Translations under genes and position numbers: made by a program
Source: an uncultured Anaerolineales bacterium
Lineage (GTDB): Bacteria > Chloroflexota > Anaerolineae > Anaerolineales > UBA11858
Reading direction: 5' to 3'
NCBI GenBank assembly: GCA_964438295.1
Contig: CAYTKR010000005.1
Location: 11,228-75,227, forward strand
Length of the DNA: 64,000 nucleotides
Notes under the pieces: model-generated
What the model was told of the DNA's origin: nothing
The model's input: the letters and a program-made list of their open reading frames with translations, nothing else
The model's database searches: none
Shown here: one piece after another, positions 1 through 9,269 of the stretch
How positions within the stretch are numbered: the stretch's first letter is position 1
How the letters are laid out: each line of letters begins with the position of its first letter

Positions 1-305
1 ACACCTCGGCCGGTGTGGTCAACCCCGAGGATATCCTCACCAAGACAATGATTTTGTTCTTGCGTGCCAAATCCTATCACCCAAGAAATGCGTTGCGGAC
101 CAATCTGACCAAAGAGATATTTATGCTGGAAGGCCTGGGAACAGATTTCCACAATGCTCAAGGGGATACACCCTTGGCTCAGTTGTGGACCACCCTGCAT
201 TTTGGAGATTACTTTGCGTATTATCTGGCAATGGCCTATGGCGCTGATCCTACGCCTGTTGAAGCAATTCAAGGATTGAAGGCGCGTATGGAAGCTCATT
301 CCTGA
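1..305 (+). CDS. C-terminal part of a bifunctional phosphoglucose/phosphomannose isomerase-like (SIS family) protein; the 5' end lies outside the window
   Basis: The reading frame is open to the window edge. The C-terminal segment ...LHFGDYFAYYLAMAYGADPTPVEAIQGLK resembles the bacterial PGI/PMI C-terminal domain. Confidence 0.55.
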   Translation, partial: TSAGVVNPEDILTKTMILFLRAKSYHPRNALRTNLTKEIFMLEGLGTDFHNAQGDTPLAQLWTTLHFGDYFAYYLAMAYGADPTPVEAIQGLKARMEAHS

Positions 306-404
306 CGAGCAAGTACGCGACCCAAGAAAATTGAGGCTACTTGTGGCAGTCTAATAGGTATTCCCATGGATCTAAGTGGATAGTTACCCAGAGGAGGTAA
401 ACGA

Positions 405-1091
405 ATGAGCACAAAATTCATCTGGTATGGTCATGGAACTTTTGGCTTGGAAACCGGAGGTTATAAAGTTCTCATTGACCCATTTTTCACAGACAATCCC
501 GCTGCCAGCACAACGGCTGATTCGGTTGAAGTGGATTTCATCGTCGTCAGCCACGGACATGGAGATCATATCGCTGATGCGGTTTCTATCGCCAAACGTA
601 CAGACGCACTGACCATTTCCAATTTTGAAATCGCCAACTGGCTTGGGGCTCAAGGTTTAGAGAAAACCCACCCCCAACATATCGGGGGCGGCTACAACCA
701 TCCTTTCGGTTATCTCAAGCTGACCCATGCCTTACATGGTTCTGGGTTGCCGGATGGTTCGTATGGAGGCAATCCAGCCGGACTATTGCTGACCACCAGT
801 GCGGGTGAGAAAATCTACCTGGCTTGTGATACCGGCCTCTTCGCTAGCATGAAGTTGATTGGCGAGGAAGGTATCGACCTGGCCGTATTGCCCATTGGAG
901 ACAATTTCACTATGGGGCCGGATGACGCGCTGAAGGCAGTCAAGATGATCCAACCCAAGCACGTGATCCCAGTGCACTACAACACCTGGCCGCTGATCGA
1001 ACAAGACCCTCATGCCTGGGCGGAGCGTATAGGATCCGAAACCGATGCCCAAGCGCATGTACTCAAGCCTGGAGAGAGCTTCAGTCTTTAG
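405..1091 (+). CDS. UPF0173-family metal-dependent hydrolase (metallo-beta-lactamase fold)
   Basis: N-terminus IWYGHGTFGLE..VLIDPFF and the motif VSHGHGDH (HxHxDH). A GAGGAGG RBS lies 7 nt upstream of the ATG. Confidence 0.85.
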   Translation: MSTKFIWYGHGTFGLETGGYKVLIDPFFTDNPAASTTADSVEVDFIVVSHGHGDHIADAVSIAKRTDALTISNFEIANWLGAQGLEKTHPQHIGGGYNHPFGYLKLTHALHGSGLPDGSYGGNPAGLLLTTSAGEKIYLACDTGLFASMKLIGEEGIDLAVLPIGDNFTMGPDDALKAVKMIQPKHVIPVHYNTWPLIEQDPHAWAERIGSETDAQAHVLKPGESFSL

Positions 1092-1187
1092 GATGGCTAG
1101 AACCCTGTTTTCGAATTCGTCCCCTTCTCCGTCCCATTTAAAAATGGGGAAGGGGGGCGCGAAGCGGGGGGATGGGGATAATCAAAA

Positions 1188-1230
1188 ATGATGCACCCAG
1201 AATATTAAAATCGGGGCGCATCATTTTTTT
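1188..1230 (+). terminator. Rho-independent terminator-like hairpin downstream of the UPF0173 gene
   Basis: AATGATGCaCCC ... GGGcGCATCATT stem followed by a T7 run (1224-1230). It lies inside the ORF-track N-terminal extension of the next gene, which argues for the later start. Confidence 0.45.
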
Positions 1231-1261
1231 GCTCTGGGGCTCATTAAACCCTGATATAATG

Positions 1262-1270
1262 TGCGCAAAT
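1262..1270 (+). promoter_or_regulatory. Candidate extended -10 element (TGATATAAT)
   Basis: TGnTATAAT lies 10 nt upstream of the GGAGG RBS/ATG at 1280. No convincing -35 element was found. Confidence 0.25.
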
Positions 1271-1279
1271 TTTGGAGGT

Positions 1280-1921
1280 ATGATGCTTAATTCGATAAAA
1301 TCTCGCCAGGATGCCGAAGATAGGGTGCGCCAGGAGGGGCGACTACCCAAAGGGCAATCCTTGACAAATAAATTCCCTGTGCTTCACTACGGACCGGTTC
1401 CCACGTTCAACCCTGCCACCTGGGATTTGCGCATATGGGGTCAGGTTGAAGAAGAGCGATCCTGGGATTGGGCTTCTTTCAATCAACTCCCCAAGACCCA
1501 ATTGAAGATGGATATCCACTGCGTTACGCGCTGGAGTAAATTCGATACGCTGTGGGAGGGTATATCCGTGAGAACACTGGTCGATGAAGGGTTCATCAAA
1601 CCACTTCCTTCGGCGGGTTACGTTATTCAACACGCTGAATATGGCTATACCACGAATCTTCCTTTGGAAATTGTCTTGCAAGATAGTTTCTTATTGGCAA
1701 CTCACTTTGATGGCGAACCCCTGCCCCCAGATCATGGCTATCCTCTCCGTGGTGTAGTTGGATATATCCCTGGGCGTGAAGACCTAACCACACCCTATTT
1801 TTGGAAGGGCGCCAAGTGGCTGCGAGGGCTAGAATTTACTGCAGAAGACCGCAAGGGATTTTGGGAGAAAGCTGGCTATCATAACGAGGCCGATGTTTGG
1901 GAAGAACAGCGCTTTGTCTGA
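1280..1921 (+). CDS. Sulfite-oxidase-like molybdopterin-binding oxidoreductase (short form)
   Basis: Motifs FPVLHYGP..P.F....W.L.I.G.V, HCVTRWSK and GYPLR are typical of the Oxidored_molyb family. The start was moved to the ATG at 1280, which is preceded by GGAGG. Confidence 0.7.
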   Translation: MMLNSIKSRQDAEDRVRQEGRLPKGQSLTNKFPVLHYGPVPTFNPATWDLRIWGQVEEERSWDWASFNQLPKTQLKMDIHCVTRWSKFDTLWEGISVRTLVDEGFIKPLPSAGYVIQHAEYGYTTNLPLEIVLQDSFLLATHFDGEPLPPDHGYPLRGVVGYIPGREDLTTPYFWKGAKWLRGLEFTAEDRKGFWEKAGYHNEADVWEEQRFV

Positions 1922-1962
1922 TTTTTGATTATCCTTGGGAGAATATCTAAAAGATTGAGAAC

Positions 1963-2328
1963 ATGGCCAACAAACGTATCTTAGTTGTAGAGGATGATTT
2001 TGATAATACCACCCTGGTGCGTTTGGTTTTAGAGCGCGAGAGTTTTGATGTGCTCACAGCCGATAATGGCGAAATCGGTATGAAAGTAACCCACAAAGAG
2101 CGGCCTAACCTTATCGTCTTAGACCTGGATATGCCAATTATGGATGGATGGCAAATGATCGACATGCTGAAAAAAGATAAGCGTACGCGAGAGATCCCCA
2201 TCGTTGTCGTCACCGCACACCTTTTTCACGATGAACGCTTTAAAGCCTTTGATGCTGGTTGTGATGGATATGTGCTGAAGCCTTTTCAAGTGGGGGATCT
2301 TATTGCTGAAATTAAGCGTTGTTTATAG
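1963..2328 (+). CDS. Single-domain response regulator (CheY-like receiver)
   Basis: ILVVEDD..., the phospho-acceptor context LIVLDLDMP, T at VVVTA and K at VLKPF. Confidence 0.85.
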   Translation: MANKRILVVEDDFDNTTLVRLVLERESFDVLTADNGEIGMKVTHKERPNLIVLDLDMPIMDGWQMIDMLKKDKRTREIPIVVVTAHLFHDERFKAFDAGCDGYVLKPFQVGDLIAEIKRCL

Positions 2329-2393
2329 CATCAAATCTGGGTTGTGGCGATGTGGGGGTAATCGCCCTATGATCCCAATTACGTAATCCATAT

Positions 2394-3464
2394 ATGAAAT
2401 CGATATTGAATAAATCAACAGAATTGTTATTATTCCTTGGCGCAATAATAATCTCAATACTAATAGCAGAGATGGCAGCCCGTGCGCTTCATATCACGCC
2501 GTTACAGGGGCGCTTAGAGAGATATGCATTTGATGAGACGTTGGGTTGGACAACGCAGAAATCCCATGTGGGTTTTGTATCCAGTGCGGAGTACAGCCAC
2601 TATCTTTATTACAATCGAGATGGCTTTCCCACCGATCAGGCTGGCCTTGACCAGTCTGCATCTCGCAGCGCACCCTCAATTGCTCTCCTTGGCGATAGCT
2701 TCGTCGAAGGATATTATTTGCCTTACGAAAAATCACTGGCGGCTGTGCTAGATCAGGGCACAGAGCTCCAGGTATTGAATTTTGGGGTTAGTGGCTATTC
2801 TCCGGGGCAGTACTTGCTGACTGCACGCCAAAGCTTTGATAAATTTGCAATTACCCACATTATCGTTTTCTTGTTCCCTTACAATGATATCCCTTTTCTT
2901 GAAAGGGATGACTATATTGGATATGCAAAGCCCCTTTTCGACGAGCCGGGGGGAGAACCGATCAATTTGCCCTTACAAGTTCAACGCGGTAAAGAAATCG
3001 AGCGCGGTGACTTACAAGGATTTTTAGATAAGTTTGCCTTGTGGTCGCTTCTCAAACCGCTAGTTGCCCAATTCGTTCATCTCGAAGATGTCATCACAGA
3101 GCCAATAAAATTCACTGATGAAGAGATCGAAAAAACTCTCCTGTATTTGAACCAAATTCGTCTCGAGCACCCCGATGCGAGTTTTTACGTATATTACATA
3201 CCTGATCTGTTAGAGCTCGAGCAGAGAGAAGTTCTGGACCACAACACCTGGTTTTTCCAGTGGCATTGTTACCAGCTTGAACTTGATTGCTTTCAGCCTT
3301 TCCCATTCATGGATTATGAGAATTATCCGGAATTATATTTGCCTCGTGATAGGCACTTCTCAGAGTTAGGTGTTCAGCTCATCGTGGAGCACTTGTTGGC
3401 CGAAATCGATCTGTCCCCCACTTCTGCTGAGATTCCCTCAGCGATATCGAGTGAAAGTGACTAG
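2394..3464 (+). CDS. Membrane-anchored SGNH/GDSL-like hydrolase
   Basis: An N-terminal TM helix and the block I motif LLGDSFVEGY; also NFGVSGYSP. Confidence 0.5.
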   Translation: MKSILNKSTELLLFLGAIIISILIAEMAARALHITPLQGRLERYAFDETLGWTTQKSHVGFVSSAEYSHYLYYNRDGFPTDQAGLDQSASRSAPSIALLGDSFVEGYYLPYEKSLAAVLDQGTELQVLNFGVSGYSPGQYLLTARQSFDKFAITHIIVFLFPYNDIPFLERDDYIGYAKPLFDEPGGEPINLPLQVQRGKEIERGDLQGFLDKFALWSLLKPLVAQFVHLEDVITEPIKFTDEEIEKTLLYLNQIRLEHPDASFYVYYIPDLLELEQREVLDHNTWFFQWHCYQLELDCFQPFPFMDYENYPELYLPRDRHFSELGVQLIVEHLLAEIDLSPTSAEIPSAISSESD

Positions 3465-3524
3465 GCAGTATTGACCTCTGTAGATTCTCTATGGGTCAAT
3501 CCGACCTAGGTCGTCTCTATTTCT

Positions 3525-4463
3525 TTACTCGTCTACCTTCTCACAATCCCCCCGCCGAATTTGGTAGCAATCGAAATCGCGCGCCACATTCGTATTTGGG
3601 AATTTTGATCTCGCTTCCGATAAAACATCCCGCTCGCGGTACCGGCGTGAGATATGTGTCAGGATCAAGTGCTGGATATTCCCTTGAATAGCCAGTTCAG
3701 TAGCTTTTTGAGCAGTCAAGTGCCCAAATTTTCGGGCCATTTCGGCTTCTTCATTCAAATACGTCGCCTCGATTACCAGCGCATCAACGCCTTGGATCAT
3801 ATTGACAAGATTATCAGTTCGCCCGGCGTCACCCACATGTGCGAAGCGAGTTCCTAATTGTACTGGACCAAGCACATCATCAGGGTTGATCTTCCGGCCG
3901 TCCGGCAGAGTTATCACATTCCCTTTGACCAGGTCGCCGCGCCATGGTCCAGGAGGAATATCTAGCGCTTCGGCTTTTTCGGGCAGGAAGGGGCGGCGTG
4001 ACTTTTCTTCGAAGAGGTAGCCTATGGAGTCCGCGCCGCGATGGCTGACGGGAAATGCTTTCACTGTGAAATCATCAGCCTCGTAGATCAGCCCAGGTTG
4101 GATTTCTTGTAATTTCACATCGATTGGTGGACGCACGCCGCGAAAAACCACCCCAAACAATAAGTCATGGATGCGCTCCAGGGCACGCCTCCCACCCAGA
4201 ATTTCAATATCATCCATCGCCTCCCAGCGCGCCAGGGTTGAGATCAACCCCCCTAAACCTAAGATGTGATCCAAATGCCCATGCGTGATCAAGATGCGAT
4301 TCAAGCGTTTGAAGCCCATCCCAGAGCGTAGAATTTGCCTCTGGGTTCCCTCTCCGCAGTCAATCAGAAAGCGATGTTCGTTATGTTGAATGACTTGCGA
4401 GGAAAGACCGCGATGATACGAGGGGGCAGAGGCTGATGTGCCAAGAAACGTAATCTGGAACAA
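3525..4463 (-). CDS. rnz: Ribonuclease Z (tRNA 3' endonuclease)
   Basis: FLGTSASAPS, LIDCGEGTQRQ and ILITHGHLDHILGL (HxHxDH), with length and C-terminal motifs typical of RNase Z. Confidence 0.9.
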   Translation of the reverse strand: MFQITFLGTSASAPSYHRGLSSQVIQHNEHRFLIDCGEGTQRQILRSGMGFKRLNRILITHGHLDHILGLGGLISTLARWEAMDDIEILGGRRALERIHDLLFGVVFRGVRPPIDVKLQEIQPGLIYEADDFTVKAFPVSHRGADSIGYLFEEKSRRPFLPEKAEALDIPPGPWRGDLVKGNVITLPDGRKINPDDVLGPVQLGTRFAHVGDAGRTDNLVNMIQGVDALVIEATYLNEEAEMARKFGHLTAQKATELAIQGNIQHLILTHISRRYRERDVLSEARSKFPNTNVARDFDCYQIRRGDCEKVDE

Positions 4464-4561
4464 GGTGTGATCCTTTCAGGGTGGGTTGGGCCTGATAATT
4501 CTACCGCAACCGCCCATATCTCCCAACCCTTTCCCTCACTCGGCTCGAATCAGATCATTTG

Positions 4562-4570
4562 TGCTATAAT
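4562..4570 (+). promoter_or_regulatory. Candidate extended -10 promoter element (TGCTATAAT) upstream of ftsK
   Basis: A perfect TATAAT with an upstream TG, 48 nt before the ftsK ATG. Confidence 0.3.
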
Positions 4571-4617
4571 TCAACCGCCATCCAACATCCAATTTCTACT
4601 ATCCAATATCTAAATTC

Positions 4618-6945
4618 ATGGCTCGAAAAAAAAGCAGTTCCTCTCGGAAGAGCAGTACACGCAAGAAAACGACTCGCAGGTCAACCAGTCGCAAGTCCTC
4701 TGGTCGCAGAACGACTACGCGAAAATCGACAAGCCGTTCCCCCCAACGCAGCGGCATCTCTTTAGAGCGCAAACTCGATATCACCGGCATCGTCATGGCT
4801 CTGGTGGGTTTATTGACCCTGATTGGGATGTTCTCTGCCTCAAACGAGGGGCTGATGTTGGGATGGCTAAATTTTTTGGCCGACCTTTTTGGCTGGGGTG
4901 GCTACGTGCTACCCATCGCGCTGTTCTTCATCGGATTATGGTTGGTCATGCGCAATGTAGAGCGACTGCCCCAGTTCTCGCTCGAGCGCGCTGTAGGTAT
5001 CTTCCTTTTATTTGCCTGTGTGCTTACGGGATTGCAGTTCCTGGTCATATTGGTCAACAGGTCAGGATTTATAGTTCTGGGCACTGAAGGCACTGGGGGA
5101 GGTTCTGTAGGGGGAGTATTCTTCAATCTTCTGGAAAGTTGGCTGGGTTTAGGTGGAACTGCTGTGATCCTTTTGGCCTGGTTCATTCTGGCAATGGTGA
5201 TCACCTTTGATATGACCGTCTGGGAGCTGTTCCGCTGGCTGACTCCCTTGGGCGCGTCCATGCGTTCGGGATTGCAAATATTCGCTCAAGGATGGCGTTC
5301 TCTGACCCAAAAGCTTGCCCGCTCTCCCCGGCAGGAAATCCCGGACTCCCTTACGCGTGGTGAGGTGAGCCCTATGGTTTCTGGAGTTTCCCAACATTCT
5401 CCTGCTGTTCCAGCCCTGGAAGAAGAGGTTATTCCCGCGTATGAATGGGTGCTCCCCACCATCGATTTCACCCTGGATGATAGTTCCGAGGTCCCCATTG
5501 ACGATGAGTATGACCGGCAACGCGCCCAGATCATCGAGGAATCCCTGGAGTCATTCGGCGCCCCCGGCCGAGTCGTAGAGATCAATCGCGGTCCCACCAT
5601 CACTCAATTTGGTGTAGAACCAGATTTCATCGAGTCACGCTCGGGACGCAAACGCGTGCGCGTCAACAAGATCGCCGGACTGGCAGATGATCTAGCCCTG
5701 GCGCTGGCTGCAACCCGCGTTCGGGTGGAGGCCCCTGTGCCTGGAAAAGGCTTCGTCGGCATCGAGGTCCCTAACGCCGAAATTGCTTTGGTATCCTTGC
5801 GAGATGGCATTACCAATGAAGCCTTCAAGCGTCTCGATGGGCGGCCATTGCGTTTTGCTTTAGGGCAGGATGTTTCGGGTAATGCAGTGGCAGCGGATTT
5901 GGCGGCCATGCCTCACCTGCTTATTGCAGGTACTACGGGTTCGGGCAAGTCGGTATGTGTGAACTCGATTATTGCCAGTTTTTTGATGCACAACACCCCC
6001 GATGAATTGCGCCTGATAATGGTGGACCCCAAACGCGTCGAACTGACCGGGTATGATGGCATCCCCCACTTGTTAGCCCCGGTAGTGGTCGAGTTAGAAC
6101 GTGTGGTGGGCGCCTTGCAATGGGTCACCCGCGAGATGGACCAGCGTTACGAGAAGTTCGCCGACCTGGGTGCCCGTAATCTGGTGGACTACAACACCCG
6201 TGCGGAATCTCAAGGGTTACGAAAATTGCCTTACCTGGTTGTAATCATCGACGAGTTGGCCGATTTGATGATGCTCGCCCCCGACGAGACCGAACGTACA
6301 ATCACTCGTATGGCGCAGTTAGCCCGCGCCACGGGCATTCACATGGTCATCTCCACCCAACGCCCCTCGGTGGATGTCGTTACCGGGCTGATCAAGGCCA
6401 ACTTCCCGGCCCGCATTGCTTTTGCGACGGCATCTGGCACCGACAGCCGCGTGATCTTGGACCAGCCCGGCGCCGAGCGATTGCTCGGCCGCGGTGATAT
6501 GCTCTTCCAAGCCCCCGATGCTCCTGCACCGGTGCGTATGCAGGGTGTCTTTGTCTCTGATTTCGAACTCCTGCGGATTGTGCAATACTGGCGTGATCAG
6601 CACGGGTATGTGCCTCCCACCTCAGTGGCCACGGCTGCAGGGGGTCACCCCGATGGCATCCCCCGCAATATCCCCCTCAAACAGATGGAGTTTTGGGATA
6701 AAGACGACATGAAACCCGAAGAGGATCGTGATCCTCTGTACGACGAAGCTGTCGATATGGTCAGGCGCAAAGGAAGGGCCTCCATCTCTATGCTGCAGCG
6801 CGGTTTGCGCATCGGCTACACCCGCTCTGCCCGCCTGATTGACATCATGGAGGAGAATGGCATCATCGGTGGTGCTACTGGCGGCTCCACGCCACGTGAC
6901 GTGCTGGATTATGGCCCTGCCGCGCCGCCAGTCGATCAGGATTAA
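4618..6945 (+). CDS. ftsK: DNA translocase FtsK/SpoIIIE
   Basis: N-terminal TM helices, Walker A GTTGSGKS, Walker B VVIIDELADLM and a C-terminal gamma wHTH (ISMLQRGLRIGYTRSARLIDIME). Confidence 0.95.
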   Translation: MARKKSSSSRKSSTRKKTTRRSTSRKSSGRRTTTRKSTSRSPQRSGISLERKLDITGIVMALVGLLTLIGMFSASNEGLMLGWLNFLADLFGWGGYVLPIALFFIGLWLVMRNVERLPQFSLERAVGIFLLFACVLTGLQFLVILVNRSGFIVLGTEGTGGGSVGGVFFNLLESWLGLGGTAVILLAWFILAMVITFDMTVWELFRWLTPLGASMRSGLQIFAQGWRSLTQKLARSPRQEIPDSLTRGEVSPMVSGVSQHSPAVPALEEEVIPAYEWVLPTIDFTLDDSSEVPIDDEYDRQRAQIIEESLESFGAPGRVVEINRGPTITQFGVEPDFIESRSGRKRVRVNKIAGLADDLALALAATRVRVEAPVPGKGFVGIEVPNAEIALVSLRDGITNEAFKRLDGRPLRFALGQDVSGNAVAADLAAMPHLLIAGTTGSGKSVCVNSIIASFLMHNTPDELRLIMVDPKRVELTGYDGIPHLLAPVVVELERVVGALQWVTREMDQRYEKFADLGARNLVDYNTRAESQGLRKLPYLVVIIDELADLMMLAPDETERTITRMAQLARATGIHMVISTQRPSVDVVTGLIKANFPARIAFATASGTDSRVILDQPGAERLLGRGDMLFQAPDAPAPVRMQGVFVSDFELLRIVQYWRDQHGYVPPTSVATAAGGHPDGIPRNIPLKQMEFWDKDDMKPEEDRDPLYDEAVDMVRRKGRASISMLQRGLRIGYTRSARLIDIMEENGIIGGATGGSTPRDVLDYGPAAPPVDQD

Positions 6946-6946
6946 T

Positions 6947-7210
6947 ATGGATGACCTCACTAAACTCCCCAATATTGGTCCAGTGCTGGCTGAAAAGTTA
7001 AACCAAATTGGCGTCAGTACCTATGATGACTTGGCCGAAATAGGCAGCGTGGAGGCCCTTATCCGCATTGGCCAGACAGATATTACTGCGTTTGCGAACA
7101 TGCTTTATGCCCTTGAGGGGGCCATCCTGGGAGTACGCTGGCATAACATTCCTAGAGAACACCGCGAAAAGGTCAAAAACGATTTTTATCAAGCACTTTC
7201 AATAACATAA
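6947..7210 (+). CDS. TfoX C-terminal (HhH) domain protein, stand-alone
   Basis: LTKLPNIGPVLAEKLNQIGVSTYDDLAEIGS matches the TfoX_C helix-hairpin-helix pattern. The ATG lies 1 nt after the ftsK stop codon. Confidence 0.7.
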   Translation: MDDLTKLPNIGPVLAEKLNQIGVSTYDDLAEIGSVEALIRIGQTDITAFANMLYALEGAILGVRWHNIPREHREKVKNDFYQALSIT

Positions 7211-7214
7211 TCCG

Positions 7215-7259
7215 AAAAATGGAGCTGGGGTGTGCGGAGAACACCCCAGCTCCATTTTT
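7215..7259 (+). terminator. Rho-independent terminator
   Basis: A 19-bp perfect stem AAAAATGGAGCTGGGGTGT / ACACCCCAGCTCCATTTTT with a 7-nt loop and a T-run. Confidence 0.8.
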
Positions 7260-7275
7260 CGGAGAGGGTTCTACC

Positions 7276-8193
7276 TTGATCATCAGCGCCAGCCGACGAA
7301 CGGATATTCCTGCCTTTTACGCTGAGTGGTTCATCAACCGCATCCGGGCAGAATATTGCACGGTGCCCAACCCTTATAATCGGAAGCAAATTTCCCATGT
7401 GTCATTGTCGCCTGAAGATGTCGACGTGCTCGTCTTCTGGACGCGTAACCCTAAGCCGCTTTTCCCCTATCTTGATGAACTTGATCAGCGAGGTTTTCGA
7501 TATTACTTCCAATATACCTTGCTAGGGTATCCTACTGATATCGATACGAAAGGCCCCTCACGGGAAGCTGGTATAAAGACTTTCCGAGAATTGGCCCAAC
7601 GTATAGGATCCCAGCGAGTGATCTGGCGCTATGACCCCATTGTATTCAGCCGACTCACCGGGGCGCAGTTCCACACCGAAAACTACGCCGAAATCGCAGC
7701 TGCTCTCCACGGTTATGCGCATCGTTCTGTGATCAGCATAATGGATATGTACAATAAATTCCGCAGGCGCATTGACAAGCTCAACCAGCAAGGTATTGGA
7801 ATTATCGATCATAATGGCTATCCCAGCCCGCGCTATGATGCGCTGTTGAACACCATAGCTCAAATTGCACGCAATAACAAAATAGAGATTTTCGCTTGCT
7901 CCGAGGCGCGCGATCTTAAACCCTATGGTATCCTGCCTGGGAAGTGCATCGATGATGAATATATCGAAGCCACCTTCGGCATAGAAGTCAGTCACAAGAA
8001 GGACCCCGGCCAGCGGGCGGCTTGTGGTTGTGTGATCAGCAAGGACATTGGTATGTACGATACCTGTGTCTTTGGCTGCCAGTACTGCTACGCCACACGC
8101 AACTTCAAGCGATCAAAGGAAAATCTTGAATCCCACAATCCCGAGTCGCCATCCTTGACGGGTTGGTACGAACCAGTAGAGGTGAAGCTATGA
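7276..8193 (+). CDS. DUF1848-family protein (C-terminal Cys cluster, putative Fe-S)
   Basis: (M)IISASRRTDIPAFY is the usual DUF1848 N-terminus, and the C-terminus carries CGC...C..GC.YCYA. The start was set to the TTG at 7276, with GGAGAGGG 7 nt upstream. The track's ATG at 7219 sits inside the terminator hairpin. Confidence 0.7.
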   Translation: MIISASRRTDIPAFYAEWFINRIRAEYCTVPNPYNRKQISHVSLSPEDVDVLVFWTRNPKPLFPYLDELDQRGFRYYFQYTLLGYPTDIDTKGPSREAGIKTFRELAQRIGSQRVIWRYDPIVFSRLTGAQFHTENYAEIAAALHGYAHRSVISIMDMYNKFRRRIDKLNQQGIGIIDHNGYPSPRYDALLNTIAQIARNNKIEIFACSEARDLKPYGILPGKCIDDEYIEATFGIEVSHKKDPGQRAACGCVISKDIGMYDTCVFGCQYCYATRNFKRSKENLESHNPESPSLTGWYEPVEVKL

Positions 8194-8765
8194 ACATCAG
8201 AGAACTTGTATTGAAGAATCGCAGCTATCGTCGTTTTTATCAGGGGCACGCTATCGACCGCCCTACGCTCATCGAGTTGGTGGATCTAGCTCGACACTCA
8301 GCCTCGGGTGCCAATGTACAGCCATTGAAGTTTTTTCTCTCCAACACCCCTGAGATGAATGCGGCAATCTTCCCTCATTTGGGATGGGCAGGCTACCTGA
8401 AAGACTGGCCTGGCCCCGAGGAAGGCGAGAGGCCGTCGGGGTATATCATTATCTTGGGCGATAAAAACATCAAGCAGAGTTTCGGCTGCGACCATGGTAT
8501 CGCCGCGCAGAGTATCATGCTCGGCGCTATCGAGCGAGAATTGGGAGGCTGTATGCTCGCCTCGGTTGATCGACGAGATGAATTGATCGCTACATTGGGA
8601 TTGCCCGAAAACCTGCTCATTTTGCTGGTGCTGGCTTTGGGAAAACCGAAAGAGATCGTGGTCATCGATCCCCTGCCCGAGGACGGCGATATCAAATACT
8701 GGCGCGACGAAGACAGTGTCCACCATGTGCCCAAGCGCTCGTTGGATGAGTTGATTGTTGGATAG
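8190..8765 (+). CDS. Nitroreductase-family protein
   Basis: RRSYRRF... and ARHSASGANVQP are family motifs. The ATG overlaps the DUF1848 stop codon (ATGA). Confidence 0.8.
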   Translation: MNIRELVLKNRSYRRFYQGHAIDRPTLIELVDLARHSASGANVQPLKFFLSNTPEMNAAIFPHLGWAGYLKDWPGPEEGERPSGYIIILGDKNIKQSFGCDHGIAAQSIMLGAIERELGGCMLASVDRRDELIATLGLPENLLILLVLALGKPKEIVVIDPLPEDGDIKYWRDEDSVHHVPKRSLDELIVG

Positions 8766-8924
8766 TTTGGTACCCAATAGAACAATTTCTCTAGGTGGCA
8801 AATATCACGAATGTTTCAAATTTATCAAATAGCACCAATGAAATATTGTGGAAGGAAATAGCTCCAAAGTATTCGTGTAATTGGCGTTATTCCTCGTCTT
8901 TCGTGATAAGAAAGGAGTATAGAA

Positions 8925-9254
8925 ATGGCTTATAGCGAAGAATTGGCTCAACGTATGCGTGATGCGTTGTTGACTACACCAGATTTGGTCGAAAAGAAAA
9001 TGTTCGGCGGTATTGGTTTCATGGTGCAGGGCAATATGGCCTGCGGCGTCAACAAGGACGATCTGATCGTGCGCGTTGGCCCCGATGTCTACCAAGAAGC
9101 TCTCGACCATCCTGATACCAGACCCTTTGACATGACCGGGAGACCCATGACCGGTTGGGTCGTTGTCATGGATAATGGCTATGAGTCAGATCAGGCTTTG
9201 GCGGATTGGGTGAAGAAGGGCGTTGATTTCGCCCTATCGCTGCCGCCAAAGTAA
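8925..9254 (+). CDS. TfoX N-terminal domain protein, stand-alone
   Basis: EKKMFGGIGFMVQGNMACGV..DLIVRV is the TfoX_N pattern. An AAAGGAG RBS is present. Confidence 0.7.
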   Translation: MAYSEELAQRMRDALLTTPDLVEKKMFGGIGFMVQGNMACGVNKDDLIVRVGPDVYQEALDHPDTRPFDMTGRPMTGWVVVMDNGYESDQALADWVKKGVDFALSLPPK

Positions 9255-9269
9255 GGATGCAATTCAACG

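Noticed and set aside
1172-1279. N-terminal extensions proposed by the ORF track. This one is an example; others are at 7219-7275, 15739-15900, 26499-26582, 34311-34523, 40121-40246, 48240-48260, 50246-50269, 51832-51852 and 53963-54022.
   Set aside because: In each case a downstream ATG or TTG has a proper GGAG-type RBS and gives a family-typical N-terminus or signal peptide. Several of the extensions also run through terminator hairpins or the preceding gene.
1092-1279. Possible Moco riboswitch upstream of the molybdopterin oxidoreductase
   Set aside because: The region shows only two simple hairpins (one with a T-run) and a -10-like box. I could not recognise the conserved Moco-motif core. 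A covariance-model scan (Rfam RF01055) would be needed to overturn this.
8298-8801. 167-aa and 130-aa minus-strand ORFs
   Set aside because: They are antisense to the nitroreductase gene, which has family motifs and translational coupling.
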